Source of the DNA: Clostridia bacterium
GTDB taxonomy: Bacteria; Bacillota; Clostridia; Christensenellales; UBA3700
Direction of reading: 5' to 3'
DNA: 64,000 nt
Assembly (NCBI GenBank): GCA_029061605.1
Contig: JAIDRT010000030.1
Span: 1,693 to 65,692 of the forward strand
Part shown: positions 33,774 to 44,000 of the stretch, piece after piece
How positions within the stretch are numbered: the first letter of the stretch is position 1
How the letters are laid out: each line of letters starts with the position of its first letter
Program-made: the position numbers and the translations under genes
Notes under the pieces: model-generated
The model's database searches: none
Told to the model about the DNA's origin: nothing
Seen by the model: only the letters and a program-made list of their open reading frames with translations

Positions 33774-35015
33774 TCAATGCAATAAAGAGAGCACGAATTG
33801 CTCTGCCATACGTCCAGACCTTATTCCGTTGCGTATTGCCCAGGTCAACGCCTTTTTTTCAAGAGCGCTATCGTCTATATCAACGTCGTATCTTCTGGCA
33901 AGTTGGCGTACGATATTGAGAAACTCCTGTTGGTCGGGCGAAGGATAGTATATAGAAAGACCAAAGCGCGCTACGAGAGACAGTTTTTCATTCTTCGTAT
34001 CGGACTTGTGAAGTTCGTCCATAGGATCTATGTCGTTGCCGTCGCTGTAATGTTCTTTTATCAGGTGTCTACGGTTGGAAGTTGCGTAGATAAGCACATT
34101 GTCGGGTTTGACTTCCAGTCCGCCGTCGATTATTGCCTTAAAATATTTGTATTCGACCTCAAAGTCGTCAAAAGAGAGGTCGTCGAGATAAAGTATATAT
34201 TTGTAATTCCTACCTGAGATTTTGCTTATTAGGTCACTGATATGCATAAATTGATGTTTGTACAATTCTATTACTCGCAATCCCTCGTCATAAAACTCGT
34301 TGATAAGCGCTTTTATCGTCGAAGATTTGCCTGTGCCCATATCTCCGTAAAGAAGTACGTTGTTTGCCTTTTTCCCCTCAAGAAAAGCCTTGGTATTTTG
34401 CAAAACTTTTTGCTTTTGCAAATCGTAGCCCACGAGATCGTCGAGACGCTTGTTGTCCATACACGTTATGGGCAGAAGTCTTGCGCGGTTATTTTCGTCA
34501 ACAACTCTAAAGGCTTTGTTGAGCCCCAATTCGCCCACTCCGTATGCGCGGTAAAATCCCACTGTCGTATCTAAAAACGATTGTGTTGTCTTGCACTTTG
34601 AAAGATCAAAGGCAAGTTTTTCAATTAGATTGGCGTACGGCAACGTCGACTGCGTCACAGTGCTTTTAAAATTCGTTATTGGTTTTAAACTTTTTTCTAC
34701 CGTCGGCAGAATAGATGGGGACGTATTAAAAACGTCCATAAGAATACGGCAGTCGTCGTAGGCAAATTCTAGAAGAGTTCCGCTTACGCTTTGCTTTCGT
34801 TCGCAAGCCAAAGAAAAGACGTTTTCGTTGCTTGCTATGAAATAAGCGATATAATAATGCCAAGCGTTGCCTTGCACTGCGTGTTTTTCAGCAAAAGCAA
34901 TTAACTTTCCAATCAAGTTGAAGGCTTGCAAATTGTTTTGCGGAAATTCTGCAAAATCTTTTAAAAGCGAGCCTTTAAGGTCGTATAGTCTTAAGTCTTT
35001 TATGTTTTTTATCAT
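33774..35015 (-). CDS. P-loop ATPase (DUF815/AAA-like)
   Basis: 413 aa. Walker A 'YGDMGTGKSS'. Walker B 'ILYLDDLSF'. Confidence 0.7.
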   Translation of the reverse strand: MIKNIKDLRLYDLKGSLLKDFAEFPQNNLQAFNLIGKLIAFAEKHAVQGNAWHYYIAYFIASNENVFSLACERKQSVSGTLLEFAYDDCRILMDVFNTSPSILPTVEKSLKPITNFKSTVTQSTLPYANLIEKLAFDLSKCKTTQSFLDTTVGFYRAYGVGELGLNKAFRVVDENNRARLLPITCMDNKRLDDLVGYDLQKQKVLQNTKAFLEGKKANNVLLYGDMGTGKSSTIKALINEFYDEGLRVIELYKHQFMHISDLISKISGRNYKYILYLDDLSFDDFEVEYKYFKAIIDGGLEVKPDNVLIYATSNRRHLIKEHYSDGNDIDPMDELHKSDTKNEKLSLVARFGLSIYYPSPDQQEFLNIVRQLARRYDVDIDDSALEKKALTWAIRNGIRSGRMAEQFVLSLLH

Positions 35016-35221
35016 AATGCGTCTCTCACAGTCAGTTATAGTTATGATTATATACTATAAAGCGCTTGCTATGCAAGAAATAAATCCTTATTGAGTAATG
35101 ATTGTTTTCCCATTGCCAAATTTTGTGTGTTGAATAGACGCATATTGAATGTTAAAATTAAGTTACAGAAAGACATATTGTCTGATAAAAGCGAGATAAT
35201 CGCTTAGGGTAGGAGGAGAAA

Positions 35222-36127
35222 ATGATTAAGAAAATATCAAAATTGACAATGATAATGCTTCTATTGGGATCGCTCTTGGTGGGCAGCGCGGTTGCGTGCC
35301 AAAGTCAAGCCCCGCAAGAAGAGGGTGAGTTTGGCGATTGGAGCGTGGATTGGAATGGATACCGTCCAAGTGTAAAACCGCCTCAAGTAAGCGATCCGCA
35401 GCCGCCTGACGATAACACCCCAGATGATAATGAAGGGGGAGTGACGGTGACGCCTCCAAGCGAATTGACGCCCGCTACAAAGCCTGCTACGTATACGGCT
35501 ATGATAAAGAGCGCTACCAACAGCCTCAACGTGCGCTCTGCGCCGTCAACAAGCGGACAGGTGCTTGGCACGCTTGACAAGGGGGATATGGTGCGATACG
35601 AAGGACTGCAAAACGGCTGGTATAAGACTGTATATAAGCAAAAGACGGCTTATATATATGCAGGTAACAACTACGCCAGCGTGGTGTATATGAAGCAAGG
35701 CAGTGAGAAGGTAGAAAGCGTAATATCCGTAGGCGAAGAACTGTTGGGCTATCCCTACGTTTGGGGAAGTCAACGCTATCACTGGGGCAACGGAACGCTC
35801 AACGCTAACTTTATTCCCGGTCAGTTTGACTGCTCTGCGCTTATGCAATATATATTCTACAAGGGCGCCGGAGTGTTGATGGATCTCAATACTCGCTCGC
35901 AAGTTTTGCAGGGCAAGGAAGTGCCGCTTTCTGACCTGCAAAGAGGCGACGTAATGTTCTTCACCAACGACAGTAGATATAATAATACCGGTGTGGAGAG
36001 AGTGGGACACGTGGCTTTGTATCTAGGCGATAATTACATACTCCATACGGCTTCCGATCACGCCGTAATAGAGGAGATAAGCGCCAAGAGATGGAGTTAT
36101 TTCATAGTGGCAAAACGCTTTATATAA
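35222..36127 (+). CDS. Secreted SH3b plus NlpC/P60 (C40) cell-wall peptidase
   Basis: Signal/lipobox 'GSAVAC'. Pro-rich linker. SH3b 'LNVRSAPSTSGQVLGTLDKGDMV'. Catalytic 'FDCSALMQYIF' and 'GHVALYLG'. Confidence 0.8.
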   Translation: MIKKISKLTMIMLLLGSLLVGSAVACQSQAPQEEGEFGDWSVDWNGYRPSVKPPQVSDPQPPDDNTPDDNEGGVTVTPPSELTPATKPATYTAMIKSATNSLNVRSAPSTSGQVLGTLDKGDMVRYEGLQNGWYKTVYKQKTAYIYAGNNYASVVYMKQGSEKVESVISVGEELLGYPYVWGSQRYHWGNGTLNANFIPGQFDCSALMQYIFYKGAGVLMDLNTRSQVLQGKEVPLSDLQRGDVMFFTNDSRYNNTGVERVGHVALYLGDNYILHTASDHAVIEEISAKRWSYFIVAKRFI

Positions 36128-36420
36128 ATATGGACGAAGTAGGGAAAAATAGCAGAATTGATTTTTGTTTTGCCTAGACTGCGTCAAAAAATAAAGCAAT
36201 ACGTCACTTCAAATATATCGCTACGCACGTTTTAGAAAAACGTCGCAATAAAAGTAAAGTGTATGGACAAAATAGTATGCTAAAGTTTGCTCTCGACAAC
36301 TAAAATTGCCATAATAAACAGTAAAACTGCCTCCAAATTATTTACTATCGTTGTTGAGAGATATCCTTCCTGTATAAACGTGCCTTTAGATGGGTATGAT
36401 TGATACAGGGAGGATTTTTT

Positions 36421-36957
36421 ATGAAAGTAATGGACAAGAGCAATACCTATGAAAATATCATTAAGGAGATAGAGAGTAGAGGTAAGAATATGGCGGTGCT
36501 GAGCGTCTTTTCTGACAGGGCGAGAGAGCAAGGTTATTTTACAGTTGCAGATAGATTGGATAATATCGCTCGACAGGAGAGCGAGCATTGCAAAGTATTG
36601 TATAGGATTATGCAGGAAGGCGACGAGGTGGATACTCTCGCCAATCTAATATATTGCGCAGGACAGTTGCACGCTTCTGCCAAGAGACTAAAGGAGGCTT
36701 TTGCGACGACGGCAAGACAGGAAGGTTTTGAATATATCGCCGGTGTCATAGAAGAAGTCGCCAAGGTGGATAGCGCGACAGAAGAAGAGTTGAAGGGAGT
36801 TATGTCAGACCTAAAGGTAGGCAAATTGTATAAAGACAGCAAGATTGTTAAATGGCAGTGCATCAAATGCGGATATTTGTCTCACGGAGCAGACGCGCCT
36901 CAAATGTGTCCGTTGTGTTCGTCGCAAAAAGGATTTTTTCAAAAGTTGCAAAAATAA
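36421..36957 (+). CDS. rbr: Rubrerythrin
   Basis: ATG 36421 lies behind GGGAGGA. Ferritin-like diiron helices ('RQESEHCKVL'). C-terminal rubredoxin 'CIKCGY...CPLCSS'. Confidence 0.8.
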   Translation: MKVMDKSNTYENIIKEIESRGKNMAVLSVFSDRAREQGYFTVADRLDNIARQESEHCKVLYRIMQEGDEVDTLANLIYCAGQLHASAKRLKEAFATTARQEGFEYIAGVIEEVAKVDSATEEELKGVMSDLKVGKLYKDSKIVKWQCIKCGYLSHGADAPQMCPLCSSQKGFFQKLQK

Positions 36958-37057
36958 ACGCTTAACTCGCGCTGTATAAAATAAGTATTGATTTATTGGG
37001 TTATGCCGTGCTATAATAACTAAGTCGACGCGATTATGAAATGCGTCAAGGTGAGAA

Positions 37058-37744
37058 ATGAAATTTTTAGTTATAGACGACGACAGCAGAATGAATCAGA
37101 GTATCGTCGACACTCTCGGCAAACTTGGAAGTTGTGACAGCGCCTACGACGGTGTCGAAGGTCTTTATATGGCTGAGGCTAAGTCGTATGATTTGGTCGT
37201 CACAGAACTGATATTGCCTAAAAAGAGCGGGTTTGAGATAATAAGAGATCTGAGAAAAAAGAGCAATTGCCCTATTTTGACAGTTTCTGCGATAAATTCT
37301 GTTGAAAAGAGGATTGAAGGGTTGCGTTTGGGCGCGGACGACTATTTGAGCAAGCCCTTCAATAATGAAGAATTATTGGCGAGGGCAGAAGCAATATTGC
37401 GCCGTTATAACAATAATTTTCATAGCAAGTACGTCAACAAAGATATAGAATTAGATTACAACAACAAAATGTTGAGAATTAAGGGCGTTTACGTCAGACT
37501 GTCCGGCAAAATCTACGATATATTGGAGTGCCTGATACGCAGTCGCAATATAATAATCTCCAAAGATCAACTTTTCAACAAAATATGGGGACTTGATAGC
37601 GAGACAGTGATTACAGTTGTTGAAGTCTATGTCTCTAAATTGAGAAAATTACTTGAAAATCACGGTTGCGGAGGCTACCTTAAGACTATAAAAAACTTGG
37701 GGTATATGTGGTCGGATACAAAGCAGCCGGCAACTGAAGAGTAG
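37058..37744 (+). CDS. Orphan OmpR/PhoB-family response regulator with Glu at the phospho-acceptor position
   Basis: 228 aa. Receiver domain with D7-D9, 'LTVSA' and 'SKPF' conserved, but 'DLVVTE50LILP' where the family has 'DLxxLDxxLP'. C-terminal winged helix 'VEVYVSKLRKLL...IKNLGYMW'. No histidine kinase gene nearby. Confidence 0.8.
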   Translation: MKFLVIDDDSRMNQSIVDTLGKLGSCDSAYDGVEGLYMAEAKSYDLVVTELILPKKSGFEIIRDLRKKSNCPILTVSAINSVEKRIEGLRLGADDYLSKPFNNEELLARAEAILRRYNNNFHSKYVNKDIELDYNNKMLRIKGVYVRLSGKIYDILECLIRSRNIIISKDQLFNKIWGLDSETVITVVEVYVSKLRKLLENHGCGGYLKTIKNLGYMWSDTKQPATEE

Positions 37745-37769
37745 TAAAATTAAAGACTTTATAATTCTG

Positions 37770-37791
37770 TTTTAAGAAACTTTTAAGAAAA
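37770..37791 (+). promoter_or_regulatory. Tandem 11-bp direct repeat TTTTAAGAAAC / TTTTAAGAAAA
   Basis: Seen directly in the sequence. Lies just downstream of the regulator gene. Confidence 0.3.
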
Positions 37792-37941
37792 CCAATGTAA
37801 AATTTTTGTAAATTCTTAAAAAGCATTTTAATATATTTCTTGTGTCAAACGACGCTTTTAGCACTAGATATTGTGTATTCAGCGCTATAAAAATATCTAA
37901 AAGTTATTTGTTATCGTACGCGTATATATATGCGATAAAAA

Positions 37942-37962
37942 TGTTTAAGGTTTGTTTAAGGT
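37942..37962 (+). promoter_or_regulatory. Direct repeat TGTTTAAGGT-T-TGTTTAAGGT (11-bp period) over the -35 position of the giant-protein operon
   Basis: Two perfect 10-mers. TAAAAT at 37971-37976 is a plausible -10. The architecture resembles OmpR/PhoB/WalR-type hexamer-N5-hexamer sites. Confidence 0.4.
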
Positions 37963-38014
37963 ATATATTTTAAAATAAACGTGAAATAAAATAGCAATCA
38001 TAAGAGAGGGAATT

Positions 38015-41000
38015 ATGAAAAAGACTAAGTTTATTACCGTACTTTTGCTGTTAGCGGTATTGGCAAGTGTGCTTCTCGTAGCGTTTGTTGCCTGCGAGCC
38101 TAAGCCAGACGTTAAAGACGATAATCAACAAAGCGGCAATAGTGGCGAAATCCCGCCAGATGAGCAGCCGCCTTGGACGCCTCCAGATAACGGCGGTGGT
38201 AATAACAAGCCAAAGCCGCCAACCTATACAGCCAAGGAGATGCTCACTAAGATCATTGAATCAGTGGAGGTGCCTGAACAGGCTCTCAATATTGACATAA
38301 ACGCAAAAGTTGATACCGAAGATCAAGTGACGACTATAAACTTGAAAGGTAACTTCTATAACGAAGTCCGCAACGAACTTTGTTTTGCCGTTTACCAACA
38401 ACAAAAGGGCGAGGCTGACTCGCAAAGGCAGTTGGTCTTTGCAATTTACATAGTCAACGACAAGATTTATATAGATATGGCAGACGGTACGCCGCTTATT
38501 TATCTGTCTGATTTTGACTTCAATTATTTAGTTCAAATCATTGAAGGCGCAGGCGGTATGGTGTCAGACTTGATGGGCTCTCTTGACCAGTATAAGGGTC
38601 TCATAGATCTTGTGTTCAATTTTTTATTCGCTACTCCTCAAGTAACTGTCAACGAAGATAATTCTCAATCGCTTGCAATGGAGTTGAAATTAAAGGGACT
38701 CTTGAGCGGCGCCAGTTCTTTGATCGGTTTGTTGCCGTTTGATATTCCTGTAGATCTCAAGCCTCTCTTAGACTACTTATCAAATTTAATTCCCGATCAT
38801 ACTTTATATATAAATGCAAAATTTGACAGCGATAGCAATTTGGAAACCGTAGGCGTCAGCGGCGTCGATAAGACCGCTAACAATAAAGACGTCTTCGATT
38901 TGAGCGTAACGATAGACATACGCGACGAGGCAGAGACTGATATAGGTTTGCCGGGAGACTTGGCAGATAGGGCTATATCTGAATTTAGTTTTACAAATTT
39001 GCAATTCTCTATTGATTTCATAGTAGACTCTGTAAAAGACGAGAGCGGTCACAATAAGAACTTTGACCTTGGAAAGATGCTCAACAGTTTCCTTGGAACG
39101 TCTACGACGATAAGAATACCTGAGGGCTTATTGCTTCTCAACGGCGGCACAGGCGTGAGACTTACGTTTAAGTTGGACTTGGATCTCAACTATGACAAGT
39201 TGCCGCAGGATAACAACAAAGTTGCGATTGAACTGTATCTAATCAATCCTGACGGCACTCTCGTAGATAAAAACTTCAAGCCTCAAATGGGAATTTACTA
39301 TAAAGAAGGTAGTTTTTATCTCAATACGGACAATATGTTGCCTCAATATCTCAACGGACTCAATATAAAACTTGACGCAAGTCTCAACGATTTGGTATCC
39401 AAACTCGTCGATCTCATTACTGACGCTATTGACGGCGTATTCGGTCTTGATTTTGCGGGACTTCGCAAGAATGAAATACAAGTAAACGACAACGGCTCTT
39501 TGACGCTCTCAAGTATGTCTGCGGTGCAGAAGGTAATGGCGTCTACAAGCGCAAGCGTAGTCGCGCTTTCTACTGAAAGCGACGGCAGTTATAAACTTTC
39601 GGCGGGTATCGGAAGTTTTGTTGATATGTTGGCAAGTCTTTTGGGACTCGGCGGACAGATTAAAGACGGCGTCGTGGTAGTAGAGCCTAATATATATACC
39701 GACGATACAAGCATAAAAGTCGTCGTAAACGACAATTTCTTTGAAGTGCTTAGCGGTCTTATACCGCAATTGAAAGGCGTGTCCTTGCCAAAGGAAATAG
39801 GTGATATAGTATTGTCCGTCAACACCTCTCAAGTGGGACTTGACAGCGTCACGGTAGAGACTGTGCTCAACAATACGTCGCAAGTACCCGGTCCAAACAA
39901 CAGTACGGTTACAATTACCGATCCAGCGTTTGCAATACGTCTAGGACTTGGAGGATTTGTTATTGGCTTAAAGGACGATACTTTCTCGGATTACATAGAC
40001 AGCAGAGTGGATGTTGAAAATACCGACTATCTCTCGTCGCTCAACGGCGTGATAGAACATATGCTTGGCGGTATTAGATTTAGCAGCGGATTCTCTCTTG
40101 ACTTTGCGGCAGGCACGTATGATCTTGCGCCGTTTATCGCAGGATTCGGGGTGTCGGAAGTAGAGTCTTCGCAAATCTTGTGGACGTTTGACAACGACTT
40201 CACATTAGACGCGTCACTCAACTTGCAAATTGCGCTCAATAGAACGGATACGGCAAGATCTATGATAGTTTTGGAGATGAAGACTGAGAGCGGAATCAAA
40301 GTCGGCGACCACCAGATCATAGAAAAGGATCAAGTCTTGCTGGGTATATACGGATATAATAATAATATTTATATAGATATATCCAACTTCAATATTGCGG
40401 GTATCGTATTGCCAAAATTGAGTTTCTCGCTCAACTTCACAGACTTGGTATACACGCTTCTTGACAACGTAATAAGCGACTTGCTTAAAAATATTAACGT
40501 GCAAGGCGGAGATCTCAAGTTTGAACTTGACTTCAAGGAATTGCTTGGACTTACGTCTAGCGTCGTAGCGCAAGCAGGCGAAACGCAAAATTCAACTTCG
40601 CGCCTTGCAACTTACGCTCAAACACAAGAAATTGATCCGACTGCGGCAATAATATTTGCATTCAATGCGGATAAGTTCGTTCCGTCGATCTCGCTTGCCG
40701 CAATTCTCGCGGTGCTCAGCGCAACCAATACCGATATAGGCAATACCTTGGCAGAGGCTCTCAGCCTTATGGAATTGGATCTGTCAATTGAGTTGGGAAG
40801 AAACGACGGATTTATCTTCTCCTTTAGCGGTGAATTTATACCTAAACTTGACGAAAACGGCGAAAGCGTATATTACTTTGACGACAAAGGTAATCCTATC
40901 GCAAAAGAAGAGGGCAAGATATACAGAAATATCAAAGATAAGCCTACAAGCAACGAAAACGTAAATCCCAACGTAGTTTACTATACGACTAAGAAGTATA

Positions 41001-44000
41001 ATTACGGCAGCGATATGAAACTGGTATTCTCGGCGGGAACTCCCGACCACCGCGTTATCGTGGGTAATCTTGGAGAGCATAAGTATCCAATTGAGCAGAA
41101 AGCGCAAGAATTTGTAGATTATAAGTCTGATCTCATTGAGGCTATCGTCAATACTGTGGGTAAGGCTTCGGTACAACTGGATATAGACCTCCATACTCTT
41201 GACAATGAGATGAACGTCACACGTCTCATCAACAGTATCTTGGCAAACGTAGGTAAAAAACTCGAATTGCCGATATATCTTGACCTTGACGATTGGAACA
41301 CGCACGTTCAACTTGCATTGGCTTGGGACCTTGACTTGAATAGATCCTCCAATAGCAAGATAATGCTTGAATTGAGATATGAACAAAAAATTATTATGGG
41401 TGTGTATATTCACCGTAATAGCATTATCGTCGACCTTACAGGTTTGGGCTTGTTCAGCGGTGAAATTGTCAATTCTACTATCGTCTCCAAAGTATTCGCA
41501 ATGATAGACGGAGTTATCAAGAATATAGGCAATCTTGACCTCAACGATATAATCAACGATTTGTTGAAGAACAACGGTTTACCGACGGTGGGAACAAAAC
41601 CCGAAGATACTGACAAACTTGCTTTGGGCGAAGAAGTTGCCGCAGACGGCAGCGTGGCTACGCTTGGCGAGGGATTGGAAGTCAAAGATTTCATTAAGTA
41701 CTTGACGCAAGCCATCCATTTGGAGAATACGGCTATCGTCATAGACTTTACTTCTTCGATCATCAATGGAATGCTTAACGACCTTGTTGGCATCAATCTG
41801 GGACTTAATCTTGGACTGGACGGCGTATTCGACTTGTTCGGAGACAGTTTTGATATGGGCTTTACCGTAGAAGACATCACTATGGACTTGTCTCTCAGTT
41901 TGTCACTTGGTAAGGAAGTTATTATACCTATCAACTTCGACGACGTGCCTGACTGGGATGCAACGAGCGGAGAGAGATTTGTTACCACTTTGCTCAACAA
42001 CCTTGATATAGGATTTACTATTGACCTTGCCAACTATACCGGCGACACGGTCAACCTTGAGAATTCCAACAGCGGCGATAGCGTTACGGACAACAATAGG
42101 ATGTATACGAGAATTATTATTGAGAAGGTTACTACGTCAAGCGGTAAAAAACTGACCGGAGTGCAAGGAACGCCAGTGGCTCCGCAAGGCACCTTTGTAG
42201 TTACGCTCGCGCATATCAACAAGGCTATGTACGACGATAATCAGTCTGCATCGGCAAGCGCAACTCCTCTCGTATATGTAGTGCTCGACCACAGAAAGAC
42301 TTCAGGACAGTTGATGTTGGCTCTTACCTCTAATATTCTTACGTTTGGAGCGTTTAACATAGGAAATATGGTGGGAACGCAATACATAAATTTGGATATC
42401 GTGGGTATGTTGGGACCTGTAATAGACAATCTATTCTCGTCCATAGACGGCGCGTTGGACGGTATGAATAACCAGACTGTTGCAGCGATGGCGTTGGACG
42501 ACGGCATTTCAGCGCAGGAAGAAGAGCCGACCGGACTTAACAAAGTATTTGCAGAACTCGATTTAATCAAGTTGCTTGGCGAGAAAGGTATAATGATCAA
42601 TTTGAGAGCCAACGGCACCTTCAACGTAACGATCAATTTTGATACCTATCTTATCAACAAACTTATTGACGATATTTTGAGCCACGTGTTTGCAAAGAAT
42701 ACAGGACACGCTTCGATAGTTGATTTGAGCGTTATGGCGCCTGATATGTTTGACAAAGACTATCTCGGTATGGTCACCTGGACGAGAGAGACGTTTGGCG
42801 CGCAAGGAAAGAGCAATACTTTCTGGGGCGATTTCAGAGAGATTATAGTGCCTATGCTTCAAAGCCTTGTGAAAGGTTTGGGATATAAAGAAGCAGCGCC
42901 ATTATTGGGAGGCGCAGGCTTCTTATTGGGAGACATATTCTACCAAGTAAGACAGATACTGTCAGGCTTGTTGCCGTTTGCGGTATGGAATACTGCGACG
43001 CTCGAAGTCAACGTTGTGGACGCAACCATATCCAATATCCACTTCATAGGTGAGGACACTGACGAGGATATCTATTATGACAATGATCCTAGCAAGGGCG
43101 TAGCCTACAGCAAGGATAAGGATGCGAGAGTCAAAGGTTATTTCACAGAGATATTTATCTACAACTCTTCAAAGAGCGTAGGCGGATCTACTGCGGACGG
43201 TACAAACAACGGTATCGTGACGTGGGCTGACATTCCGACCAGCATAACCTTTATGCCATATATATATACCACGGTCAAAGATGGCGTAGATGAATTGATT
43301 GAGGCACACTTTAAAAACAAAGTGGCAATTTACCAAAAGGGTACCACTATAATGAGATCCAACGTTAAGTTCAAAATAGTTAACGCCAACGGTAGTGAAG
43401 AGGATGTCGGACCTGAAAACCTTTTGGCTAGGTTAAGCGTGGCAGGACACTTCCAAATCAAAGCCATTGCCAACTTCTCAGGCGGAATTACTAGCACGTT
43501 GATGATAGACGTGGAGTCAAGAGATACCGGCGGCGGTCTAGATTACGTAGAAGATATTGAGATGCACGCTTATGACGATACGTTGCCTGATTTCTTGACG
43601 ATATACACAAAAGACGGCAAGTCGAGAAAGATAAATACAGAGTACTTGTCTGTGTCAAATTGGAGACCGACTGATTACAAGGCGCACGACGTGCAGGCTA
43701 CAGTTGCGTTCAAGAACGGCACTACGTTGCCAATGACTATACATTACCTTGATAGCACGGTAACTAAGATAATTATCGACGGTACGGAAGGTATCAACGT
43801 CAATATCGATCTCTATCAGTTTGACATTAATACGTCTAAGATAGACGACTTTACTCCGTCGACGCTGTACTTCAAGTATCCCGACGGCAAGGCAGTGGGA
43901 CTTGACGTACTCAGCGGTTGGGAAACCTCGGCGGCAACTGCTAATCTCTTTGGCAGACCTATTGACGTAGACGGCAAGTATTCTTCAGACGTCAGCGGCG

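Noticed and set aside
32803-34574. Plus-strand ORFs (213, 139 and 110 aa) opposite the SIS and DUF815 genes.
   Set aside because: They are antisense shadows of two genes that carry clear catalytic motifs.
35016-35221. A c-di-AMP (ydaO-type) or other riboswitch upstream of the NlpC/P60 gene.
   Set aside because: I looked for the conserved G-rich and ACGGGG-type cores and a pseudo-twofold structure. I found nothing convincing by eye. A cmscan search would be needed to exclude it.
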